Shown here one piece after another: positions 52,695 to 64,000 of a DNA stretch of 64,000 nucleotides. The stretch covers positions 434,001 through 498,000 of the forward strand of contig NW_020847331.1 in assembly GCF_003704095.1 (NCBI RefSeq), given 5' to 3'. How positions within the stretch are numbered: the first letter of the stretch is position 1; each line of letters starts with the position of its first letter. The notes under the pieces are model-generated. The model was not told the origin of the DNA. It worked only from the letters and a program-made list of their open reading frames with translations, and ran no database searches. Origin of the DNA: Pocillopora damicornis (lineage: Eukaryota). The translations under genes were made by a program, and so were the position numbers.

Positions 52695-53279
52695 CTAGTG
52701 AAATAAAGTAAGATGTATTTGTGATTTCAAAAATAGCTAATGGCTAAAGAAGGTGGTAATTTTTCCCGGGTAATCCAAAGCGATTAAAGCAAATGCTATG
52801 ACCAGAAGATTCCTACTTCTTTCACCTATTATTGCAGGATTTGATTTTGCGTGATAATTTGTCGTTAATGAGGGATTCACCCTCATTAAAGATCTCCTCC
52901 CTTGGCGATCGCTCTTTCTTGACCTTAAAAACCTGATATCATTGCACTTATCAGTTTGGGTTTTCAGATGGAAAACAGTTAGTAATATAATCCCAGATTA
53001 GATTGCTTCTGGAAAATTATTAGTTCACACGCAGTTTGACGAAATTCCAGCATTGTAAGTGTTTGTTTGTAAAGATATTCAAAGACGCAACCAGAACGCG
53101 GTGCGTATAACGACAGCAGGCACAATAATTTCATATATTTAGGGCTGGTGAAGCTTTATTTTAAGCCCGGTTGTTGCATAAAGGAAGATGTTAACCATTT
53201 TGAAACGAGCACGAAAAATCGAGGTGGATTGCTCCACCACCTGAGCGGCTACAGATCAAAGAACTCGTTGGTGAGATAA

Positions 53280-54174
53280 GGGCCTATCCGCACTAGCGAC
53301 AAAATTGTTTATTTAGACAAATTTTCTGTCATCACTAACACTTTGCAAGTGCGGATGGTTTATCGCGACTTGACAATTTTTTGCCGAAACGAACAAATTT
53401 TCAAACGTACCGCAGACAAAATTTGTCCCGGGTAAAAGCTTGGCAACATCTACTAAATAAACAAAACTATGATAAACTTGTTAACCATTTGTCGTAAACG
53501 CTACCATAAGTGTGGTAACTGAATTGGGTTCATTTTACCAATAAGATTGCAGTAATTGTCCTTCGTTGCGAAACTCGCAGATTTTACAATTTTAACTTAA
53601 GATGAATCCCGGTAATTGGAATGTTTTATTCCATTGGCGAATTATTGTCACGCAATTTTTTGTTTTCGCGTGTTAGAGCAGGTTGCGAAACATTCAACAG
53701 AATATCGAAGGTACAACGATCCATTCGCAGATGCCTACTAAAAAACTCCACGGGAATTGTTCGGTCATCGTAGTACTTCCGCAAAGTACGGGTCGTGTCG
53801 ACGTGCCCGGCGTTTCCGTCTTCTACGGTGTTCAACCATTAAAAGAGTTGCTTGGTGTCTTAGAAATCGATGCCTTAATACTAAGCTCATCATATGCATC
53901 ATTTCGTCTGCCATCTGAGCGAAATTTAAAAGCAAGAAACACGCCACAAGTTGAAACATTTGAACGTGTTCCATTGTCCCGCCAAAACGTTTGATGGTTT
54001 GGCGCGCACAGCTGATTGAAATATGATATCGGCGTTATTTTAAGCTGTTAACCGAATTTGACGGCTTTTTGACAGCTTCGACATTTTTAGTGCGAATGCA
54101 ACAGTGGAGACAAAAATTTGTCCTTTGATTTTGTCGGGACAATTCTAGTTTGTTCTACTAATGGGAATAGGTCC
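53280..54174 (-). mobile_element. Internally deleted PIF/Harbinger DNA transposon with a frameshifted N-terminal transposase remnant
   Basis: Imperfect TIRs gggcctatccgcactag / ctaatgggaataggtcc, flanked by TAA/TGA. Minus-strand ORFs 53974-53765 and 53835-53626 include FFSRHLRMDRCTFDILLN...LTREN..LRD..SP, typical of the Harbinger transposase N-terminal region. Confidence 0.8.
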
Positions 54175-57100
54175 TGAGTCATAACATTGTCTTATCTCGA
54201 ACAAGCGTCATGGGAGTTGATAAGTTAAGAAAGATGGTAGATTTTGAGCTTTGTACGACTTGATACGAGTAAACGCGAATGTTTACCATTTCTCCGAAGA
54301 ATGTCGGTTTGTAAAGATTCAAGTGGAAGGGAAAACCTGGTGGGTATGCATCTTTAGATAAAAGTCTTTTTTCTGGTATGAAATATTTTTTGGAAAATTG
54401 GTTGCTTATATGGCCTACAAGCTAAGGCTCTGGCAACAGGCCTAGAAACATAGCAGCTGGAATACTTTCAGATAATAGTGTGAAAACTGTCATTAACTAG
54501 GTTTTCATAAACTTCCAGACTGATAAATAGTCCCCAAATCCGTTGCGTGGACGAGTCACTCTTTATCGATCTCAGCACATACATGGAAAATCGCCCTCAT
54601 AGTCAGTCTTACGAAAATTTTGCAACGCATAATCATGCAATTATAATTAAGAAGACAGTACACTTCACAGCGATGTATCTGAAATTAGGTTCAACATTGG
54701 ATAACAATTGGCTAGTTCAAATTAAACAAGTTTGAACAAGCGCTATTTGAACACGAGCCATTTTAGGCTAGCGAATTGACTGCGCGGCGTGGAAAATCAA
54801 AACGTCATTCCCCATCAAGTCTGAAACTCACATAAACAAAATGTTGTTATTATTCTCTTCAAAGTTTTTATTAAGATGTTTGAGGTTGTTGTGGGTATTT
54901 GTAGTAAGGGCAATGGTAAAAATAACGTTGAAGAGTTGCTGAGACGGAAGAAAAGTTCATGTAATTCTGTAGCTGTCAATGGGTCTTAATTGTTGTCCTG
55001 TGCGCTTAGAAAATGAGGGTACCCCATATAACCTCTTGCTTTTACTGAATATTAGTGTTGACTTGATAAGACGCATGAAGGCATATTTTTAATTCGTGCG
55101 ATAAGATATCTACGTGTGATTAAGTTGTTTCGAACCCTTGGAAACTAAACATTTTAAGAAAAAACAAACAAACTTACCCAAGACAAAGAAAAACACACAA
55201 AAAGAGAATTCTTTTAAGAACATTGGGATCCACAGGGAAGAATCTGAAAATTTCTGAGATTTGATTTGTCCATTTTTCAGAAGAACCAAGATATTTCACA
55301 TGGATTGAGCATAGAAATCTTACAAAGAGTACCAGAGGGTACAAGTTGTATCTATGTTGAAGATAATAGCTGGATTAGCTTGGATTCGATGGTTTTATTT
55401 TACTGATTGTATGTTCAGAAAATTGAGATCATCAGTATTAGAGAATGAAAAACGACATCGTGGGAAACTGGGATAGTTGAAGATTTAAGAATTTAAACGG
55501 TCTAAATGTGATGAAACTAGAAGAGCCATTTTGCGGTTATTTTCAAAGAGAAAATTCGAAAAGGGAAAAGCAATATGCATGACAATGAAAACCACCCAAA
55601 ATGATGAATTTTTCATTCCTTTATTGTTTTGCAGGATATTCAGCTGCCTTTTTGGTGTGTTTGACCTTCTTGAAATTTCGGAGAAAACCCAAAGATGATG
55701 GAATATTGAGCGGAAGTTCTGAAAGGGGGGCGGTGAGGTAAATGAGATAAAATGGAAATTTTCAAGAGCACTGGATTCTCCGGAAGCGAGAGCGCAAGAG
55801 TTCGAAGCAAAACACGTGTCAGTTCGAAACATAACCTTGAAACTGATCTCGAAGTTGCAAAGCTAATGAAGCGCGAAGATGGAGAAAACAGAGCTTTCGA
55901 AACTGACATCGAGCCATGATTTGACATTATCACGAGGCCATCAATGGGCTTCTGACATTATTAGTTTGGAATCAAATAAAGCAATTTTGTTCTCGCAAAT
56001 TTATCTTGATCAAGCGTTTCCGTTATTTGGGCTTAACAATATACCCGCCTAGAAAATCCTCTGACGAAAAGTCTTCTTCAGTTTCCCAGATCCCGCTGGG
56101 GGAAATAGTTTGTTGTGATGCTTTTCCACGCCAATCGTGACGCTTTAATTTATTCAGAATCCTGAAAACATCCATGACCCGAAATGATATTGTGCAGCTA
56201 TTGAGGTTTAGCGGTATTTCACTCTCTTGCAGTTATCAGCTCTTGAAATCTCATAAATTGCCCACGGAATTCTGGTTTTGTCATTTTCAAGCTAAGCCTG
56301 ACGCGGGGTGCAGATGAAAGAACTTGGAGATATTTTATCAGCGAAGTTCTATAGCGGCTAACTTTAACTTTCCTTGTCGGTGAGTGGTCTTTCAGTGATT
56401 ATCCGCGAAACTATTTCGACGTAACGCGACTCTACACATGTCCAATGCTCAATAACCGATACGACTCGAAATTACTTTCTGCATATCGATCTGTTTGAGT
56501 TGACAAATCGTGAAGCTAAGTTGACAATCCGACAAATGCACCATTATCCGTAGAATAAATAATGAGAGAGGTAGGAATATGGTTCCCTGAACGAGCAGAA
56601 TAGAATTGAATAGAACCTTAACACTTACCCGATAAGAATAAAAGCTAAAAGCTTTTGGGGTCTTGTTCACTGCGATATAATTAAATAAAACTACTTACAT
56701 GCAAACTACTTGTAAAATAACCCTTAGAAGAAATATTAAATAAAATGTTGTCATTACGATTAAAGTAAATTATATTAAAACTGTACATATAAACCTAAAA
56801 AGTGATAAAAAATAAATTATATTATTATTACATATTTCAAAATAAGCGTAGTCGATTTGCCTGTTTTGAGAGGTAGAGTTAGATAACCTGTGGAAGGTGT
56901 AGTCCCCGAGAATGTCATACTCAGGAGTTGATTTAAGAGTTTGTTAGAGTTTAGAGTTTATACGTGTATCTTTTTTTTTTATTAAATAAGTTCCACACGA
57001 CGGCCCCTTGTTATGCTAGTGAGTCTTTCAAGAATCTAGTATGTGCATTGTCGTTTGACTGCTTCCTGGTCTCGAAAAGAATAGCGCCATTATCGCCTCG

Positions 57101-58271
57101 TGAATTTGGCTTTGTATAGGCCCTGGTAATATTGCATTACTTGCTTTATGAGATAGTTTGTCAAATCTCATTCGTACGAATCATGAATAGGAGTCCCGAC
57201 TCGTGGTCGAGTCATGGAAGGCATCTCATTTGTGGGACTTCGACTGAATATATCGTGAGAGAGGCGGGAGAAGGGTGCTCTGAAAGATTTGTGGAATCGC
57301 TCGATCCTTCATGTTTTGAACAACAATCGATATTTCGCGCGGGAAAAAAAAAGCAAAGAAGCCAATATGTTTATGACGTAATTGTACTATGAGGAAAATT
57401 AGCGTACGAGTTACACTTCCTAACTTCTCTATATTTTGAACAACATTCCATAACTCGTACCGCAAAACAAACAGGAGGCCAAGATTTGTATGCGTCGTTC
57501 TAAAAGCACGGGCCCTGAGGAAGTAAACGTTCTCCCTTCTCTTTATCATGAACAACACTCCTTATCTCGCGCAGAATACTCACTTCATCGTACAGCAAAG
57601 CAATAAAAAAAGCTAATATATGTGTTCATCGTTCTGTAAGCACATGCAGCGAAGAATTACACATTTTGCCATATTTTCAACCACACTAGATTATTCGTGC
57701 AGGAATGCAAACAATGAATTTCAAAACATACACGAACAAGTGAGAGATGGATGGCTGTAAGAAAAATCACCACAATCTTATTATTGGAGGTAGATTACTA
57801 ACTCCTATTCGAAATCTTACCAGAAGAATCAAAGGAAATAAAAGCATCCGACCACGAGTTGTAACTTCCATTCACGATTCGTCCGTGTCCAACGATTCAG
57901 ATAATTGTTCAGCGAACCATTCGCCCTCCTCTCCAACTATTTATTCTAAGTCGCACTAATAAGATGCATTTGACGAGTCGTGTCGATTCAGGAGTATTGA
58001 ACAACACTCATGTATTTCGCGTAGTATTTGAAAAGTAAAATTTTAATTGTAAAATCAACTGAATTGTGTAGCGCAGTTAGAAAGTCAGTAATTAATCCGA
58101 AAGTAACACAATTGCATTTACAGAAAATAACTTTTTTCCTGAGTCTTTTATAAATCAAATCAGGTTAGAATATGCAGGCAGGGATTTGACGCCAGTTAAT
58201 TGCAAGGCTGCGTTTTAGCAAAGTTTGATCACTGTGGCCTCCATTTTTTCATAGCCTCATACTTTTACAAA

Positions 58272-59294
58272 ATGGTCTTCCAATCCAATTACTGCCAAGA
58301 TCACTGGGCCCCATTCGCGACCTCTATAACGACATCAGTGGTGGCCGCTATCTTGACCCTTGTTACCGTGCCCGGCAACTTGCTTATCTGCTGGGCTGTG
58401 ATACGGAACCCAACCGGAGAGCTGAAAACTTCATTCAATTACTTGGTAGTGAACCTCGCCATTTCCGACCTCATCATAGGACTGATCACAGATCCAGTCT
58501 TTGTTGACTTCCACGTCAAAGAAGCCCTCATGGTAAAAGAACTCCTGAGTGTTCAGTGGGTGGTCCACGTGTCATATTTTTTTACTTCGACGGTCTCGGT
58601 TCTCAGCATTGTGGCATTAGCAGTCAACAGGTACCAGGCGGTTAGGTCATACCGCTTACATCGTGCACAGCATTCCATTAGTCGCACAATCAAAGTGTCT
58701 GTTTCTCTGTGGATTCTCTCTCTTAGTCTTCCTCTTCTCTATCGTGTTGTTGGTTTCTTTAGACTGGCTTTCATCTTTGCTAACGCTGCAATTGTTGTCA
58801 CTTCGATCGTTCTTGTTTTCGTTTACTTCCGTGTGTGTCACTTTCTAAAACGACACAGGAAAACTTCTGCACACATTCAGAGCAGCGAGTTGGAACGAGA
58901 AAAGCAAGTGCAACGCGAGCAGAAGGCAACAAACTCTCTTCTTATGATAGCAGTTGCATTTATATTGTGTTCTTTCCCTTCTTGTGTGATGGTCTACATC
59001 ATTAACTTATGTCACACATGCAACTGTGTTCTTATCCACTGGCTCCGAGACTTGCAGTTCTTGTTCATTCTGATTAACTCTGCTTCGAATCAGTTTCTTT
59101 ACGCCTTTCGCATGCGCTCTTTTAAAAGGGCTTTTATGACCATATCAGCAATTGCATGGCTGGTAGACAAATTTGGAAGACAAGAGTTAAGCTTAAACTA
59201 TCCGACGCCACAGCAATCTCAATCTGACAGTACACCATCTCAGGAACTGAAAGTAAGTGCCCCCGGAGCTATGCAAAGAGAGAGCAAACTTTAA
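58272..59294 (+). CDS. Single-coding-exon orphan class A GPCR (340 aa), adenosine/melanocortin-like motif pattern
   Basis: 7 TM segments. Motifs: PGNLLI, NLAISD, AVNRY, TM4 W, TM6 FILCSFP, TM7 NSASNQFLYAFR and helix 8 FKRAF. The ATG at 58272 is in AAAATGG context just after an acceptor-like ccattttttcatag (58254). Confidence 0.92.
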   Translation: MVFQSNYCQDHWAPFATSITTSVVAAILTLVTVPGNLLICWAVIRNPTGELKTSFNYLVVNLAISDLIIGLITDPVFVDFHVKEALMVKELLSVQWVVHVSYFFTSTVSVLSIVALAVNRYQAVRSYRLHRAQHSISRTIKVSVSLWILSLSLPLLYRVVGFFRLAFIFANAAIVVTSIVLVFVYFRVCHFLKRHRKTSAHIQSSELEREKQVQREQKATNSLLMIAVAFILCSFPSCVMVYIINLCHTCNCVLIHWLRDLQFLFILINSASNQFLYAFRMRSFKRAFMTISAIAWLVDKFGRQELSLNYPTPQQSQSDSTPSQELKVSAPGAMQRESKL

Positions 59295-62286
59295 TACCCA
59301 AGAATAGAAGTTTTGTATGCTCGACTAGTAACATGAAAGCTGGTAGATAACCTAAAAAGAACGCGCGTCAGTTGCGTCGGGCTTATAGATAAACACTGTA
59401 TTTACTAACTAAAGAAAAAGCCTACAACAGCGACCCACATCCATAGAAACGACCTTTAAATGGTCCTCGAGAGTCACCTTCATGCTGAATAAATTTTGAA
59501 AATCTGTATAGGTGTAGCCTTGTAGAAAGAAGAAAAGATCTCAGTTGATCTTTCTGAAAAAAACTATTTTGGGTCTTGATAATAACAAAATCCGCAAAAT
59601 TTTGTAAAAATTTAGCGATATTTCATTTTAATGGATTAACCATAAGCTTGCTCTTGTTAAACGTTATCGAAAGAAAGTAGTGTTTCGGTTCTCCTTTCCC
59701 ATAACTAGGCTTGAGGTTGGAATCAGCTCCTCCTTGTTATAGTTTCTTGGCGATTTAAGAACTATCTCAGTTTTTTTTATTTCAACAAGGACGTGTTAAT
59801 ATGTATTGACTAATTCTCATTATACTGGAAATTTTACAGTTGGACATGTATGTAACATTACTTTTACATTTTATAAGTGTTTACTGTGTTGGCTAAGTAA
59901 CTGCCACCGACATAGTAGAGATACTGATGATAATGATGGAAAACCAAATAGAGAATAATATTTTTCATTTAATGGAAGTGCGAAATACAGGTAAAAATTA
60001 TCACTTTGATAAAAAATGAAGTCACTGGGTCATAAGTTTTTTATAAACAATAAAATCGTAGTGGTAGGTTAGTTCCATCAAAACTCAGAACAAAACGAAT
60101 GACGAAATAGGATGTACCAAACAACAGACATTTATACCCTGCGGTTAGCGACAACTGATCCCCCCTCTGCTCCCCCTGAAAACCATTTTATCCCCTTCCA
60201 AAATCCTACGCAACCCCCCCCCTTCCCCTGTAATAAGAAATGACTGGCCCCTTAATGTCAATTTTTTTGTCAGCTGATAGTCACTCTATCCATCCCGGAC
60301 ATGCGTAGAGGTTGCGAAAAAATTAATAAGGGGTTATTAAGCAATTGTTTTAATTCGCTATGGTTGCGTCAAATCTCAAATCTCACATCTTTTTCCCCTA
60401 CGTTAGTCATAGCCTTAATCGTCAAGTTTGTGATCTAAAAAATGGAATTTCCCCAATAAAAATTTGGGTCCAAAATTATTGTGAACGATCCGGTATAGGA
60501 TAAAAATGTTTCATTGTAAACGTTTAGCCAAACTTGTCAATGAGATAGAATGACGCGAACAAAGAATATAGAACATTTCTAAATTGGGCGAAATCTTCTG
60601 CTATTGTTAGCCAAAGGAAATCGTAGTTGAAAGAAATAAACCACTTTATTTTGCCAAAGGGATATGTGTAAATATCACATGCCATGATTCTCAAGAAACA
60701 GTCAAAGCTCATTGGTCATAACCACCTGCCTGAGTCACACTTGCTTTGTTAAATTGCACCTTCTCAGATAAACATCCCCCTTTGTCACTACTTATTACGA
60801 CAAAAGAAAACCTGTATCAAATTAACAAAATTCAATTTCAAACGTGGAAAAACGTTTCGATACACTTTTGGTTGATTCAAAGTTCCTCCTGTGCCCTCAT
60901 TTAAACATCAGCTCTAGATATCATAAGACAATAAGTAAGTAAATGCCCACGTTCAGAATAAATTTGGGCGTCTATCTGCGATCGCTTTGTTCGTTGTTGT
61001 CTTTTTTTTTCTCAATTGACAGGGACAGACATGTTCAGCTTTTTGTTTTTTGTTTGTTTTTTTTTTTTTAATATATTCCTGTCAGGTTTGTTTGATACTA
61101 TCGTATTCAATTCGATGTGAAACAATTCCGTTTCCTTTCGCTGTGTTGTATTCATGTCTATTAATGCTGATTAGGATAATCGTGTGAAATACATCGGTAA
61201 GGTCAGAAAATTACATTTGGCTGGCGTGCGTCATATTGTAAAAAGAAATAGCTCAGGGAAATACCTTATTAAGCGTTCAGTACTTTAGTGCAAACACCTG
61301 CTGACAAAAAAATTATCTGTGGTCAAAAATTGCTAGATTTTTCGTGATTCTACGAGGAAAATAGTATCACCAACATAGCCAACTTTTCCTGTATCAAGGT
61401 GAGTGCTTGATATTTGTGCCTACTTTGTAGGAAGTGTTACTAAATTTATTTAACCTCATAGCTAATTTCGGATGTTCTGCGAAACAGCGACTTTTTCCTC
61501 TTCTGCAACCTAAAAGCAAACCACTTAGCAATAAAAATTTAATAAATTGCAATAAATTCCAGTTCTCATGATCTTTAATGATGCGAATTGAGCATTAAGG
61601 AGAACATCAAAACACTAAATCTCCTCTGAGGTATCTCAGCATTGAATCTATGACGGTTATGCAACCAAGATGACAGACAGACTTTCCGAAAACTGCAAAT
61701 AAAAGTTATGTTCTCCCGACAATCTAGGATGGTCATTGTGAATATCATTTATTCAAAAACGCAAGCAGATCCCCAATCCTGTGTTTATGAAGCTAGCAAT
61801 TGGAATTGGAAAAAAAATCAGTCGAGCCTTGCTCAAGATGTTTGGTGTGGTCGATTTTCTTCGTAATTAAAATGATACGCGCACGACACTTATAGAGAAA
61901 AGCTGTAGTCCAATCTACCTGGTGGTACACTTCAAACCATTCAACTAATCACAAAGAAAGTTTAGAGGTACGCCAATTTCGCCATTGATAGTTTCTTCTT
62001 TTCTTCATTATTTTCCACGCAAAGTGGTCTCTGTGCTCGAATAACGCGTAGTTATTCTTTTTAACCACTTCTCCCGGTTAGACAGTTTATTTCCGTATTT
62101 CTATGCCAATCTTTTTACAAATTGCGCATATACATATATTTATATATTAATAATGAAACGAAGAATTTGCAAATGTTCATCTCTATCATTGTGCGAACGG
62201 ACGACATCAAAGTACAGCATCGATTTCGTTGTATGAGACTTGGCCTCCAGTAGCTAGCTAGGTATGACAAGAAAAACATCTACGCG

Positions 62287-62442
62287 TTATTGACCGAATT
62301 TAAAGTATACACGGTTGGATATTATCTCAGCTTTCTCGTTTTCTTCGTTTGTATGGTTCGAGACAAGGTCCAGTTCTAATTGAAACTCAGTGAACGACTT
62401 CGCGAATGCCACAAGTCAGGATCTAACAAGCTCGGTCAATAA
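62287..62442. mobile_element. Short repeat bounded by TTATTGACCGA inverted termini
   Basis: ttattgaccga at 62287 and tcggtcaataa at 62432-62442. Confidence 0.45.
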
Positions 62443-63149
62443 AGAAATTATTGGATCTTAACTATTATTTGGCAGAAAGATTCCGTCAATGAATTTTAAA
62501 ATATGGTTACAAAACTATTCTTTTCACCATTCAATTTGTGCAAAAAATGCTCAAAAAACTATTTTTAATGTTTTCATACTCTTGAAAAGCAAACAATCAT
62601 CCATTAGCAATAAAGAATTTTAACTCTCAAAATCTAATAATGCCGTCATCGGCCCATTAGCTGCCACCGCAACTATCTATATTTGTTTTTAATATCTCAC
62701 CCTTTCAGATCTCATTCGATCTCGTCAAAAGACTACGTGCTTTTAAAAATACCTCTCCTTATTTCCCAATTCATACGACAAAGCTGCAATAATGAACCTG
62801 CGACTTGCAACCACAATCCTGACCTGTTATTATTCCTACCTGTTGTATCATATATTTCTTTCGGCAGAATAGACCAGAATGATAGGTTGTATGCATAATG
62901 TAGATGGGTATCTATAGGAACTTTCTGTGATTATTTCAACCCTCTAATTACTTTTTCTTGCTCCATTCCCTTTTTTTCCGGACAGTTTGACCAAGGGTAA
63001 GGAACTCTCACATAGGTAAGGACAACATTTTAGTTCAAATAAAAGAGACTATTAGCATTGAAGTTAAATTTAACTTGAAAACAGCACGTGCCCCGAAATT
63101 TTGGCGTATGTAAAATTAATCATGTTTTCGGCCTGCCGGTGACAGACAA

Positions 63150-63248
63150 TTAAAGATATGATCGTCGCAGATAAACCGTAATCAGGAAGTCCAGAAAAAG
63201 CCTGAAAAAAAAAGGATTCAGGCTTCGGCGGGGTTCGAGCCTGTGTTT
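63150..63248 (-). mobile_element. Fragment of a tRNA-SINE related to the 13597 family
   Basis: aagcctgaaaaaaaaaggattcaggcttc..ggggttcgagcc matches the gcctgaaaaaaattcaggc hairpin and B-box region. Confidence 0.5.
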
Positions 63249-63349
63249 GTCAGTATTACTTGTACTCTGGTATGGCTTGACTAACAAAAGTCCCTATCAT
63301 GTATGAACCGGGTAAAACGTGTGTGATATAAGGTAAACATTTTTAATAA

Positions 63350-63698
63350 NNNNNNNNNNNNNNNNNNNNNNNNNNNNNNNNNNNNNNNNNNNNNNNNNNN
63401 NNNNNNNNNNNNNNNNNNNNNNNNNNNNNNNNNNNNNNNNNNNNNNNNNNNNNNNNNNNNNNNNNNNNNNNNNNNNNNNNNNNNNNNNNNNNNNNNNNNN
63501 NNNNNNNNNNNNNNNNNNNNNNNNNNNNNNNNNNNNNNNNNNNNNNNNNNNNNNNNNNNNNNNNNNNNNNNNNNNNNNNNNNNNNNNNNNNNNNNNNNNN
63601 NNNNNNNNNNNNNNNNNNNNNNNNNNNNNNNNNNNNNNNNNNNNNNNNNNNNNNNNNNNNNNNNNNNNNNNNNNNNNNNNNNNNNNNNNNNNNNNNNN
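63350..63698. other. Assembly gap (349 N)
   Basis: Run of N. Confidence 1.
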
Positions 63699-64000
63699 AT
63701 GGCTTCCAAACACACGAAGCATCCTATTCAATAGTTATTCAAATTCAATACTCTACTTTCGCTCCTGTTTTTTCTGAAGTTACTAACTTTGTTAACTATC
63801 ATTCTTGTAAGTGGGTATTTGCTCCCTGAAAATTCATACTGCGAAACCCCTTGTTGGGGAGTATGCATTTTTTACAATCTTTTATTAAAGACATCATATG
63901 TTGATGGCAGTCGTTACCTATCGGTACACAATAACCTACCATCAATTAATTTTTCTCTTTCATTAAGCTGATTAAGTAATGAAGAGTTGAATTTTTCCAC

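Noticed and set aside
58200-58271. ORF-track N-terminal extension of GPCR2
   Set aside because: TTG start, and it crosses an acceptor-like site at 58254. The ATG at 58272 has good context.
63281-63731. Two 144-aa ORFs
   Set aside because: Artefacts of the N gap.

Overview
Eukaryotic, AT-rich, intron-dense animal genomic DNA. The repeat families and gene content look like an anthozoan, probably a stony coral (inference). There are four protein-coding loci. (1) A class A neuropeptide-type GPCR with an uninterrupted 7TM coding region (+, 6056-7210). (2) A complete 41-coding-exon RRP12 ribosome-biogenesis gene (+, 10580-35471, about 1275 aa by manual splicing). (3) The 3' 29 exons of a DysF-containing type I ferlin (myoferlin/dysferlin-like; -, 52694-36262), convergent with RRP12 and containing one GC-AG intron. 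(4) A second, atypical class A GPCR (+, 58272-59294) that appears nested antisense in a ferlin intron of more than 10 kb. Introns and spacers are full of short non-autonomous elements: TTAA/piggyBac-type and PIF/Harbinger-type MITEs, a deleted Harbinger with transposase remnants, a 5'-truncated CR1/L2-group LINE, tRNA-derived SINEs and satellites. The most interesting signals are at least three families of hammerhead-ribozyme-bearing Penelope/retrozyme-like repeats, whose best-preserved intronic copies lie antisense to host genes; a greater-than-unit-length tRNA-SINE insertion with a 15-bp TSD; and a GPCR with the GnRH-receptor-type reciprocal N2.50/D7.49 swap. There is an assembly gap at 63350-63698. 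All exon and motif coordinates were read by eye and no database search was run.
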